DNA of 64,000 nucleotides from Nitrospinales bacterium (GTDB taxonomy: Bacteria; Nitrospinota; Nitrospinia; Nitrospinales; VA-1). Shown piece after piece: positions 48,064 through 56,532 of this stretch. Made by a program: the position numbers and the translations under genes. The DNA lies in assembly GCA_965223795.1 (NCBI GenBank), contig CBDCXL010000002.1, positions 544,001 to 608,000 of the forward strand, read 5' to 3'. The notes beneath the pieces are model-generated. The model was not told where the DNA came from. It worked only from the letters and a program-made list of their open reading frames with translations, and searched no databases. Within the stretch, counting starts at the first letter, position 1, and the number at the start of each line of letters is the position of its first letter.

Positions 48064-48855
48064 CTAAAACTCAAACTCAAGGTGGTAGCCGGCGTATTTG
48101 CGCAGATTGATGACCTTGTTCGGGAACAGCAGGTACTGCCCCTTGATGCCTGTGAGGGTGCCCTTGAGCTCGGGTTCCTTGTCCAGATTGTGGCTGGTGA
48201 TTTTCTGCGGCGCCGCATCGACGGGATAGGAAAACCGGTGCACCCCCTCTCCTTCCACGACGTATTGCCTGAGATCCTCCGGTATCCAGTTGACCGCCTG
48301 CTGCCGGGTGTCCAGCAGATCGACGGCGTCGATCTCGCCTTTGAGCATTTTCCGCCAGTTGGTCTTGTCGGACATGTGCTTTGCGATCGCGACTTCGATC
48401 TGTCCGGACAGCGCGCGTTTGGGGACCCTGGCGATGATGACGGCCTCCACCGCGCCCTGATCGATCCAGCGCGACGGGATGTTGAAATGCCGCGTCACCC
48501 CGACCTTCACGCTGGAGGTCTTGGACAGGTACACGAAATGATCGACGCCGCAGTAGTTGCGGTAAAACTCCCGGTCCGCTTCGCTGCCGGTCTCGTGCTG
48601 GCAGGTTTCGGGACGCACGGCGCACATGGCGTTTTCCGGAAGATCGCGCGCGCAGGGAAAGCAGTATCCCTGATTGTAGGTTTTCTTGATGGCGCGGCCG
48701 CATTCGACGCAGGTGATTTTTCCGAGAAATTTGAGCCGCACGTCTTTTCCGACCTGCGCGGTGAACGGCACCGGTTTCTCGTCCAGACTCAGAAAATACT
48801 GAATCGGGTTCGCGTCTTCGTGGGTCATTTTTCTAAGCTGTCCGGAATGAATCAT
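48064..48855 (-). CDS. DUF2797-domain protein
   Basis: CVECG...QGYCFPC, KVGVTR..IPSRWIDQGA, DKTNWRKML, GIKGQYL. Confidence 0.85.
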   Translation of the reverse strand: MIHSGQLRKMTHEDANPIQYFLSLDEKPVPFTAQVGKDVRLKFLGKITCVECGRAIKKTYNQGYCFPCARDLPENAMCAVRPETCQHETGSEADREFYRNYCGVDHFVYLSKTSSVKVGVTRHFNIPSRWIDQGAVEAVIIARVPKRALSGQIEVAIAKHMSDKTNWRKMLKGEIDAVDLLDTRQQAVNWIPEDLRQYVVEGEGVHRFSYPVDAAPQKITSHNLDKEPELKGTLTGIKGQYLLFPNKVINLRKYAGYHLEFEF

Positions 48856-48944
48856 CGTGCGAACCTGAAGGAAATTTCAAAATCGAAGGAAGGGTTTTCA
48901 AATCGGCAAACAAAGACCTTTGCTCAAAATAAACTAAGCCCGAC

Positions 48945-49001
48945 GTCACCCTGAGCTTGTCGAAGGGTGCAATGTCATGCTTCGACAGGCTCAGCATGAC
49001 A
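48945..49001. repeat. Inverted doublet of REP-like hairpins
   Basis: GTCACCCTGAGCTTGTCGAAGGGTG followed by GTCATGCTTCGACAGGCTCAGCATGAC; same core in opposite orientation. Confidence 0.8.
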
Positions 49002-49055
49002 TCCGTCCTATTCTATGCAAAAGTCACAAACCAGCGGCCCGTGATGGCGCGTCGT

Positions 49056-49220
49056 TCAATTCTGACTGTCGCGCGCCCAGCGGGAGGAAAAATGAAACAG
49101 CGCCCAGAGAGCCAGCATCACCACTCCGACGATCACGGCGGAATCGAACACCAGCAGCGCGGTGAAAAACAAAACACCGTATCCCAGGATTTTTAACCAC
49201 GCCGCGCGCCGCTTGGTCAT
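49056..49220 (-). CDS. Small membrane protein (54 aa)
   Basis: AGGAG/GAGG RBS; long hydrophobic hairpin. Confidence 0.5.
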   Translation of the reverse strand: MTKRRAAWLKILGYGVLFFTALLVFDSAVIVGVVMLALWALFHFSSRWARDSQN

Positions 49221-49670
49221 GGCCTCACTCCTAATGAAACGCATTCACGATGTTGTCCGGGAACGCCACGGCCCTGCCTCCGTGTTGTTGAGGTGGATGC
49301 CCTGTATGAAATTATAAAACATTTCGGCTTTCCCTGCACTGGCGCACGGGGAGCGCCGACGGGAAACGGGGGAAACGTTTTTTGGCGCGTGTCATTCCCC
49401 TATCGGCGTGTTAAAGTTTTCTGATTTATAAATATCGTCTAAACTAAACTTAAAAACCAATCGATAAGACTATGCTGACAGGTTCGGCTCCATGAAAATC
49501 AAAACCCTTCAGGGCAGCCGCGTTGCGGGGGAGGCGTTTTTCGGGGGACAAATAAACAGTCCGCCGCGCGCTCATCCATTTTTGCCTGAATGCCGACCGG
49601 TTTTTATACGGCAGTGGGTTGCGCGATTGCGGTTGCCGGTGCTTTAGGCCTTAATTTTCAGGAAGGTTGC

Positions 49671-49898
49671 ATGGGAATTCGAGAAAAAACCGTCCTCCTG
49701 GCGGTGTTGATCATGGCGTTCACGTATCTCATTCTGGTGAACTGGGTGTCCCCGAAACACCCCGATCCGGGGATACCGGCGCAACACATATCCGAACCGT
49801 TCCCTAAAAAAACGCCTCCCAGGGAGGACGTGTTTTTCCCCCCCACCCCGAAAGTTCCAGAGGAAGATATCATCGTGGAAGAGACGCTGAAGGAATGA
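49671..49898 (+). CDS. Small membrane-anchored Pro-rich hypothetical protein
   Basis: AGGAAGG RBS; one N-terminal TM segment. Confidence 0.55.
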   Translation: MGIREKTVLLAVLIMAFTYLILVNWVSPKHPDPGIPAQHISEPFPKKTPPREDVFFPPTPKVPEEDIIVEETLKE

Positions 49899-50119
49899 CC
49901 GTGAGTTTTTTATAATTATGAACGTTTTTGACTTCCGATAATTTTAGTGTGTCACAAATATATGGTGATCCGTTACGATACTGTAAACATGTAATTTTTT
50001 GCTGGTCAGCTTGACAGGGATGGATTAAAATATTAGTTAGTAGCAAGGGAGGAATTACCCGTTTATGAGCCGGGGATCTTTCGGCTTGTTGCGGGGCACA
50101 GAGGAGAAAGGGAAAAGAA

Positions 50120-50335
50120 ATGAAAAATCTCAATATCTCCAAAGGCTGGTTTGACGAAGAAAAAAAACCGGCCGAAAAAAAGAAATTCTGTGATCATGAG
50201 CAGGCAATCACCATCGACTACGATCACGGAATCGAACACTGCCCTTACTGTGGTGCATTGGGTCACTACAACGTGGATAGCGACTCCATCGAGTGGACCC
50301 TGCCCGAGTACCTGAGCAAGCAAAACTACAACTGA
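50120..50335 (+). CDS. Small Zn-ribbon-like hypothetical protein
   Basis: Purine-rich RBS region; CDH...HCPYC motif. Confidence 0.6.
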   Translation: MKNLNISKGWFDEEKKPAEKKKFCDHEQAITIDYDHGIEHCPYCGALGHYNVDSDSIEWTLPEYLSKQNYN

Positions 50336-50509
50336 ACACGGACCGGTTCATCACCGCCGTTTTCTCATACGGCCAGGCTGTATTTGCGCCTGGCCTTTCT
50401 CGTCCTTTCGTTCGTTCCCGTCCGTTTACACCCCGTTATTCAGGTTCCCCGCTTATATCGATCCCGTCAGGTCCGCTTATACGGCATTTTATGCCCGTTG
50501 TCCGTGGCT

Positions 50510-51229
50510 CTAGCCGCCCATGACCTGCAACCAGTCCTCCAGGCGTTTGATCTGTAAATACGCGTTGGTTTCGCGCACTTCTCCCAGGGGCGCGTTGGCC
50601 TTGCCGCCATAGTTGTGGCCGGGATACAGGATGATGTCGTCCTGGATGCTGGCCAGCCGGCGCGTGAGGGTGTGGTACATCTCCTGGCTGTCGCCCCCCG
50701 GCAGGTCCACGCGGCCGCAGCCTTGCAGAAACAGCGTGTCTCCCGCCACCAGATTGTCCTCAACGCGAAAACACTGCGATCCGGGAGTGTGGCCGGGCGT
50801 GTGCAGGCAGGTGATTTCGATCGATCCCACCTTCACCGTGTCCTCGCTGTCGACCTTTTTGAGATCCGATTCGGAAAGCCCGGTCACCTGGATGACGCCG
50901 TCCGCCTCGTGCTTGTTGACGTACACCGGAACGGGATGTTTGGCCATCAGCTCCGGCAGGCCGGTGATGTCCATGCCGAAAATGTGCCCGCCCACGTGGT
51001 CGGGATGGTAATGGGTGACCAGCGCGCCGGTGAGCTTCATGCCGTCGCGCTCCAGGATCTGGAGCAGGCTGTCCACATCCCAGGCCGGATCGACCACCAG
51101 GCACTCTTTGGTCTCGCTGTCGCCGATGAGATAGATGAAATTGGCCATCTGCGCCGCGGAGGGGTCCGACTGCGCCACATCGGAGCCGCACAAAAGCTGC
51201 TTGAAATAAATCGGATGATTCGCGTTCAC
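50510..51229 (-). CDS. MBL-fold hydrolase (glyoxalase II/persulfide dioxygenase-like)
   Basis: THYHPDH, HTPGHTPGS, GDTLF..GCGR.D, PGHNY. Confidence 0.9.
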   Translation of the reverse strand: MNANHPIYFKQLLCGSDVAQSDPSAAQMANFIYLIGDSETKECLVVDPAWDVDSLLQILERDGMKLTGALVTHYHPDHVGGHIFGMDITGLPELMAKHPVPVYVNKHEADGVIQVTGLSESDLKKVDSEDTVKVGSIEITCLHTPGHTPGSQCFRVEDNLVAGDTLFLQGCGRVDLPGGDSQEMYHTLTRRLASIQDDIILYPGHNYGGKANAPLGEVRETNAYLQIKRLEDWLQVMGG

Positions 51230-52050
51230 ATTCCTCTCCCCTGCCCCGGGTCCAAAAGGGCGTTCAGTAATTGAGCCAGACGGACCCCCGCCTGGCTCAG
51301 CCGCAATGCGATGATCTCCCGGCTTTGTTCGACATAGGTCTTGTCAGGCCGCCCACCCGTAGTTCCGAAGCGGTAGACGTGATCGAGCACGACCGCGCGC
51401 GACTCCTGCGCCCAGCCGGTCACGGACACAGCGGCCCACTTCTCGCGATCCGATGCGGTGATGCGGGCGTTGAGACCGCGGGCGTATTGTACCAGATCCT
51501 CGGCGCCGATCAGCCCTTCATCCCAGAGCGCGTGCAGATCGGTGGGCTCTCCCTCAAACTCAACCGGGATTTCATTGCCGCCGCGGTCTGCCGCATATCC
51601 CAGATGCAGGGGCTGGTGGATGTCGGCGACGAAATGCACGAGGTACATCAGCGCCTCTTTGCGCTCACTCGGGCTTTGTCCTGTCTCTTCGAGGATGCGG
51701 GAAAAATCCAGGATTTTTTCCAGCACGCAGTGCCCGTCCGGGCAGTCACGTCTTTTCCGGTAGGCGCGCTCGCCTTCGGGAAGGTTGAGGTAGTGCCAGG
51801 GGCCCTCGTCGCGCTGGCGTTTGACCGCATCCGCCCAATTTGCGATTGCGGCGAGATCCGGTATGTTAAAATCCTTCTGGTATTTGTCGCGGATCTCGGG
51901 TTTGAGGTTCGCGTCCGCCACAATCGCGACGATGCGGTGGCCTTTCGGCCCCCAGGCCAGGGCCTCAAAAGGAACGATTCCCATCAGGGCCAGCAGCGCC
52001 GCCGCCGCGAACCGCTGCGTTAGCCGGTTGAACTCAGGATAAAAGCGCAT
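51226..52050 (-). CDS. S1/P1 nuclease, secreted
   Basis: Signal peptide then WGPKGH; WADAVK, WHY, HFVADIHQPLH, LHALWD. Confidence 0.92.
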   Translation of the reverse strand: MRFYPEFNRLTQRFAAAALLALMGIVPFEALAWGPKGHRIVAIVADANLKPEIRDKYQKDFNIPDLAAIANWADAVKRQRDEGPWHYLNLPEGERAYRKRRDCPDGHCVLEKILDFSRILEETGQSPSERKEALMYLVHFVADIHQPLHLGYAADRGGNEIPVEFEGEPTDLHALWDEGLIGAEDLVQYARGLNARITASDREKWAAVSVTGWAQESRAVVLDHVYRFGTTGGRPDKTYVEQSREIIALRLSQAGVRLAQLLNALLDPGQGRGM

Positions 52051-52799
52051 TGAAAACCCTCAGGCTCATTTTTGACACGGTCCGCTTCTGGCTGCTGATC
52101 ATCCTGCTCTCCATTCTGCTCGGGATCATCAGCGTCCTGGTGGGCCTGTTCGACTCCACCGGCAATTTCTCCCACCGCGTGGCCAGCCTGTGGGCGCGCC
52201 TGCTCTGCCGCTTAAGCGGCGTTCCCATCGCGGTGAGCGGCCTGGAGCACGTGTTTCGCGACCGGGCGCAGATCTTCGTGGCCAACCACCAGAGCTATTT
52301 CGACATTTTCGCGCTGGCGGGCTACCTGCCGGTGCAGATCCGCTGGGTGGCCAAGGCCAGCCTGTTCCGCATTCCGTTTCTGGGCTGGTCGATGCGGGCG
52401 GCGGGCTACATCCCGGTGGAGCGGGAAAACCGCAAAAAAGCCTACCAGTCCTTTCTGACGACGGTGGACAAGATCAAATCGGGCTGTTCGGTGGTGGTGT
52501 TTCCGGAGGGAACGCGCTCGACGGACGGCACTCTGGGGGCGTTCAAGAAGGGCAGCCATCTTCTGGCGGTGCGGTCGAAAGCGCCGATGCTGCCGGTCAC
52601 CATCGTGGGCAGCGGACGGATCATCAAGAAGAAGAGCATGTGGATCCGGCCGGGCCCGATCCGCATCGTCATCTCACCGCCGGTGACGCTGGACGACAAC
52701 AATTCCGGCGACGGGGAAGCCGTTCTGGGATCGATCCGCGAGACCATCCTTGCAAACTACAACGCGATGGAAGCCGATCTGCACGCCGCCGGCCGGTGA
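52050..52799 (+). CDS. plsC: 1-acyl-sn-glycerol-3-phosphate acyltransferase
   Basis: NHQSYFD and FPEGTRS motifs; start uncertain. Confidence 0.9.
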   Translation: MKTLRLIFDTVRFWLLIILLSILLGIISVLVGLFDSTGNFSHRVASLWARLLCRLSGVPIAVSGLEHVFRDRAQIFVANHQSYFDIFALAGYLPVQIRWVAKASLFRIPFLGWSMRAAGYIPVERENRKKAYQSFLTTVDKIKSGCSVVVFPEGTRSTDGTLGAFKKGSHLLAVRSKAPMLPVTIVGSGRIIKKKSMWIRPGPIRIVISPPVTLDDNNSGDGEAVLGSIRETILANYNAMEADLHAAGR

Positions 52800-52809
52800 A
52801 AATCCTTCC

Positions 52810-53334
52810 TTACGCGGTTTTTTCTTTCTGGATGAAATCCCAGACTTCGCGCGGGTGGTCCCTGAGATCCTCGATGTTGCGCCAGACGGCGCGGATCATG
52901 CCGGTCTTGTCGATGACGAAGGTGGTGCGGTCGATCACCTTCACCATGGTGCCGAGATCGTCCACCTCTTTGATGACGCCGTAGGCGTCGGTGGTCTTCT
53001 TGTATTCGTCGGCGATCAGGGTGAAACCGAGCTGGTACACTTCGATGAACTGCTGGTGGGAATTGACCCCGTTCCAGCTGCATCCCAGCACTTCCACTTC
53101 GCGGGTCTTGAATTTGCGGTTCCATTCGTTGAAACCGATCATCAGACGGGTGTCTTCCGGTGAGCTGTCCTGGGCGTAAAACGCCAGCACGACCCATTTT
53201 TTATCCTGGAAGTCCTTGAGTTTGACAATCACCTTTTCTTCAGCGGAGGGGCTGGTCGCTCCCGCCTTGTAACCGTATACGGCGGGGAGCTCGAACGCAG
53301 GGGCCCTATCGCCGACTTCCAATTCATTGGCCAT
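52810..53334 (-). CDS. Bcp/PrxQ-like peroxiredoxin-fold protein lacking the peroxidatic Cys
   Basis: VGDRAPAFEL, VVLAFY, RTTFVIDKTG fold motifs; active-site loop reads YAQDSSPEDT. Confidence 0.85.
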   Translation of the reverse strand: MANELEVGDRAPAFELPAVYGYKAGATSPSAEEKVIVKLKDFQDKKWVVLAFYAQDSSPEDTRLMIGFNEWNRKFKTREVEVLGCSWNGVNSHQQFIEVYQLGFTLIADEYKKTTDAYGVIKEVDDLGTMVKVIDRTTFVIDKTGMIRAVWRNIEDLRDHPREVWDFIQKEKTA

Positions 53335-53382
53335 TTAGAAACCTCGGGGTTTGGGGGAAAATTGCGCGGATGCCGGTAAGGC

Positions 53383-53703
53383 TCAGTCGCCGAAAGCGGC
53401 TTTGAGCAGAGGCTCCACTTCCCCTTTGGCTTCCATCTCGTCCAGAATGTCGGTGTCGCCGTAAAACTTGCCGTCGATGAACACCTTGGGGAGGGTCGGC
53501 CAGTTGGTCATCTTGTTCAAGGCTTCGCGCTTGGGCATGTTTTCCAGCACGTTGACCACCTCGAAGGGATATCCGTACTTGGCGAAAAACTGGATCGTCT
53601 CCACGGTGAAACCGCACTGCGGCGCGTTTTTGGTGCCCTTGCCGTAAATCAGAATCTTGTTCTGCGCAACTTCTTCCTTGATTTCACTTTCGATGTCGGA
53701 CAT
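53383..53703 (-). CDS. grxD: Monothiol glutaredoxin (GrxD/Grx4)
   Basis: KGT..APQCGFT, WPTLPKVFI.GKFYG..DI. Confidence 0.9.
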   Translation of the reverse strand: MSDIESEIKEEVAQNKILIYGKGTKNAPQCGFTVETIQFFAKYGYPFEVVNVLENMPKREALNKMTNWPTLPKVFIDGKFYGDTDILDEMEAKGEVEPLLKAAFGD

Positions 53704-53770
53704 GTTCGCTCTCCTGAATATAGTCTTTAAAAAAAGTTTATCGAATTGGGTGACGCGGGAATCGACCGGT

Positions 53771-54004
53771 TCAGCCCGGCAGGGCCGTCTTGATCTCGGC
53801 TGCGTGGATGCGCCCGTCCTGCATGGCTTCGTTGAGGGACTCCTGGACGGCGCGGTGCCGGGACATCAGATCCATGCTTTCGAATTCCTTGGAAGTCACA
53901 TGGATGATGAAATGGTCCTTCATGCCCGTTTTGTCCATGACCTGGACTTCGGCATCGGGTATCTTGGTTTTGACCAAACCGATTAAATTCTCAATGCTGA
54001 TCAT
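53771..54004 (-). CDS. bolA: BolA-family protein
   Basis: DHF...VTSKEF...RHRAV...IHA; adjacent to grxD. Confidence 0.9.
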   Translation of the reverse strand: MISIENLIGLVKTKIPDAEVQVMDKTGMKDHFIIHVTSKEFESMDLMSRHRAVQESLNEAMQDGRIHAAEIKTALPG

Positions 54005-54216
54005 GTCGCCTCGTTTCTCCTTTTTGAGAGTATGCGCTTCATTTTATTAGGTATTGGATTCAAAATGCATTAAAAAGATTTTTAACTTTTCCCGCTCTTT
54101 CCACAGCCTGAGGAAGCCTGCGCGCCGCGCCAGCGGAATTACAATAAGATATTGATTTTTATAGACTTAAAATGACATCCGGCGGCCGGACAGCGGGACT
54201 CCAGGCGGGCTGCGGG

Positions 54217-54246
54217 TTGGCGCTTCACTCGGTTTTTGAGTATAAT
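54217..54246 (+). promoter_or_regulatory. Putative sigma70 promoter for the iscA-ygfZ pair
   Basis: TTGGCG-N18-TATAAT. Confidence 0.45.
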
Positions 54247-54318
54247 ATATGAATCCGCGGCCGGTTGAAACCATCTTAACTCAAGCGGCGGTTGAAACCA
54301 TTTCAGCAGGAGGCGTCA

Positions 54319-54660
54319 ATGAGCGTTGCATCGGATTTTGTCAAAATCACCCCGAAAGCCTGTGAGGAAGTGAAACGTCTCATCAAGGCGGAAGGCAAAC
54401 CCGAAATCGGTCTGCGTCTGGGTGTCAAGGGCGGCGGCTGCTCGGGGTTGTCCTACGACCTTCAGTTCACCCCGCAGGAAAAAGGCGACACAATTCTTGA
54501 GGGAGACGGGTTTCAGGTCTTCATGGACGCCAAGAGCATGATCTACCTGAAAGGCATGCAGCTGGATTTTCAGGACGGGCTTCAGGGCAAGGGTTTCGTG
54601 TTCGTCAACCCCAACGCTTCGTCCACCTGCGGCTGCGGCGAGTCGTTTTCCATCGCCTGA
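54319..54660 (+). CDS. iscA: A-type Fe-S carrier (IscA/ErpA/HesB family)
   Basis: GGGCSGLSY and NPNA..TCGCGESF; AGGAGG RBS. Confidence 0.92.
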   Translation: MSVASDFVKITPKACEEVKRLIKAEGKPEIGLRLGVKGGGCSGLSYDLQFTPQEKGDTILEGDGFQVFMDAKSMIYLKGMQLDFQDGLQGKGFVFVNPNASSTCGCGESFSIA

Positions 54661-54797
54661 TTTTCCGGCCGGACGCGTTTCATTCCGGCGGCGCACTTCC
54701 ACCCGGCGGGAACGGGCAGTCTTCGCGTTTCCGCCTTTTTTACGAATCCACCTTGTGAGCGCATTGCGGCCCGAATGCGCTTTTTTCATTTCTTGCC

Positions 54798-56504
54798 ATG
54801 AACCCGCAATTTGAGGAGGAGCACCGGCGTATCCGTGAGAACTGGGGCTACTTCCCCCTGGACGACTGGTGCTGCGTGCGCGCCTCGGGTGCGGACGTGT
54901 TCGATTTCCTGCAAACCCAGACCACCAACGACGTCATGCAGCTGCCGGTCGGCGAAGGGCAGAACAGCGCCATCACCGACCGCAAGGCGAAGCTGATCGC
55001 CGCGTTTTCGCTGCACCGGCAAGGGGAAGACGCGGTGGTGTTCTTCCTGGAAGCGGTGCTCAAGGACGCTCTGACCGCGCATCTCAACTCCTTTCTGTTT
55101 CGCGAGCAGGTGGTGATCGAGCCTGTGGAGCTGACTCTTGTAGCGGTGCAGGGCCCCAAGAGCGCCCTGGTGCTGGAATCTCTGGGCAGCGCGGCGCTGC
55201 CGGAAAAACCCAACAGCATCGCGGCCTTCCGATTTGAAGAAGACGCGGGTATCGTGATCAACAAATCGCTGACCGGGGAGGAAGGGTTCGTGGTGGGTGT
55301 TTCGCCCGAACGGGCAAACTCCTTCATTTCAGCGCTATCGGCCGCGGACACCGGCGCATCCGCCATTTCCAGGGAAACGCTGGAGGTGCTTCGCATCGAG
55401 GCGGGGATTCCGCTGTTCGGAAAAGACATGGACAACTCCCACGTACTGCCGGAAACGGGTCTGGAGCACAGCTCGGTGAGCTACAACAAGGGCTGCTACA
55501 TCGGCCAGGAGGTGATCGCCCGCATCAAGACCTACGGGGCGCCCAATTTCGCGCTGATGGGGCTTGTGCTCGAGGACGGCCCCCTGCCCGCTCCCGATAC
55601 GGTTGTGAAGCTCAAGGATAAAAAGATCGGCACGGTCAAAAGCTCGACATTTTCCCCCTCTTTGGGAAAGAACATCGCCCTGGCCTACGTGCAAAAGGAT
55701 CACCGCAGCCCGGACGTGACGCTTTCGGTCACGCTGGGCGAGACGGAAACCCAGGTGACGACCCACCTGTTGCCGTTTTACCAGCCGCGCACGCGCACGG
55801 ACCATTCGAAGCGGCTTTTGGAAAAGGCGCTCGCCATCTACAAAGAGGAAGAGGATCTCGACCGGCCCATTGCCCTGCTTCGGGAAGCCATCGCCATCGA
55901 CCCCAAGCACGCACAGGCCTACGAGGCGCTGGGCGTGTTTCTCTCCAAACAGAACAAGCTGGATGAGGCCATCGCGTTGATGAAGCGGCTGGTCGAGATC
56001 GACCCCAAGGAAATCATGGCGCACTCCAACCTTTCGATCTACTACATGAAGCAGGGACGCATCGAGGATGCGGAGATGGAAAAGGGGGAAGCCACGGCCA
56101 TCGAGTTTGAACGCCTGGTCGAGCAGAACATGGCGAAAAAGAAAAAGCAGCAGCAGGACGCGGAAGCGCAAAAGGAGCGGGAGCGAAAAATCGAGATGTT
56201 CAAGAAGGTGCTGGAAATCGATCCCATCGATCAGGTGGCCAATTTCGGGCTGGGCTCCATCTACCTGGAAACCGGGCGCCCGCAGGAGGCGCTGGCGCCG
56301 CTTGAGACCGTGATCCGCGAGAACAAGGATTATTCCGCCGCCTATCTGCTTCTGGGCAAGAACCTGGAAAAGCTGGACAGGCTGGATGAGGCCATCGAGG
56401 TGTACCGCCAGGGCATCGCCGCCGCATCCAAAAAAGGCGACCTCATGCCGCTCAAGGACATGCAGAACCGGCTCAACCGGCTGCTGCACCCGCAGGAACC
56501 CTGA
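54798..56504 (+). CDS. ygfZ: YgfZ/IBA57-family folate-binding Fe-S maturation protein fused to C-terminal TPRs
   Basis: LRIEAGIP and KGCYIGQE signature; TPRs after ~55800 (AYEALGVFL, AHSNLSIYY, ANFGLGSIY, AYLLLGK). Confidence 0.88.
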   Translation: MNPQFEEEHRRIRENWGYFPLDDWCCVRASGADVFDFLQTQTTNDVMQLPVGEGQNSAITDRKAKLIAAFSLHRQGEDAVVFFLEAVLKDALTAHLNSFLFREQVVIEPVELTLVAVQGPKSALVLESLGSAALPEKPNSIAAFRFEEDAGIVINKSLTGEEGFVVGVSPERANSFISALSAADTGASAISRETLEVLRIEAGIPLFGKDMDNSHVLPETGLEHSSVSYNKGCYIGQEVIARIKTYGAPNFALMGLVLEDGPLPAPDTVVKLKDKKIGTVKSSTFSPSLGKNIALAYVQKDHRSPDVTLSVTLGETETQVTTHLLPFYQPRTRTDHSKRLLEKALAIYKEEEDLDRPIALLREAIAIDPKHAQAYEALGVFLSKQNKLDEAIALMKRLVEIDPKEIMAHSNLSIYYMKQGRIEDAEMEKGEATAIEFERLVEQNMAKKKKQQQDAEAQKERERKIEMFKKVLEIDPIDQVANFGLGSIYLETGRPQEALAPLETVIRENKDYSAAYLLLGKNLEKLDRLDEAIEVYRQGIAAASKKGDLMPLKDMQNRLNRLLHPQEP

Positions 56505-56532
56505 TTCCCATACCCCCCGCGGGACTCCCCGC

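Noticed and set aside
53140..53180. Selenocysteine recoding in the Bcp-like gene
   Set aside because: The codon at the peroxidatic position is GAC (Asp), with no in-frame TGA
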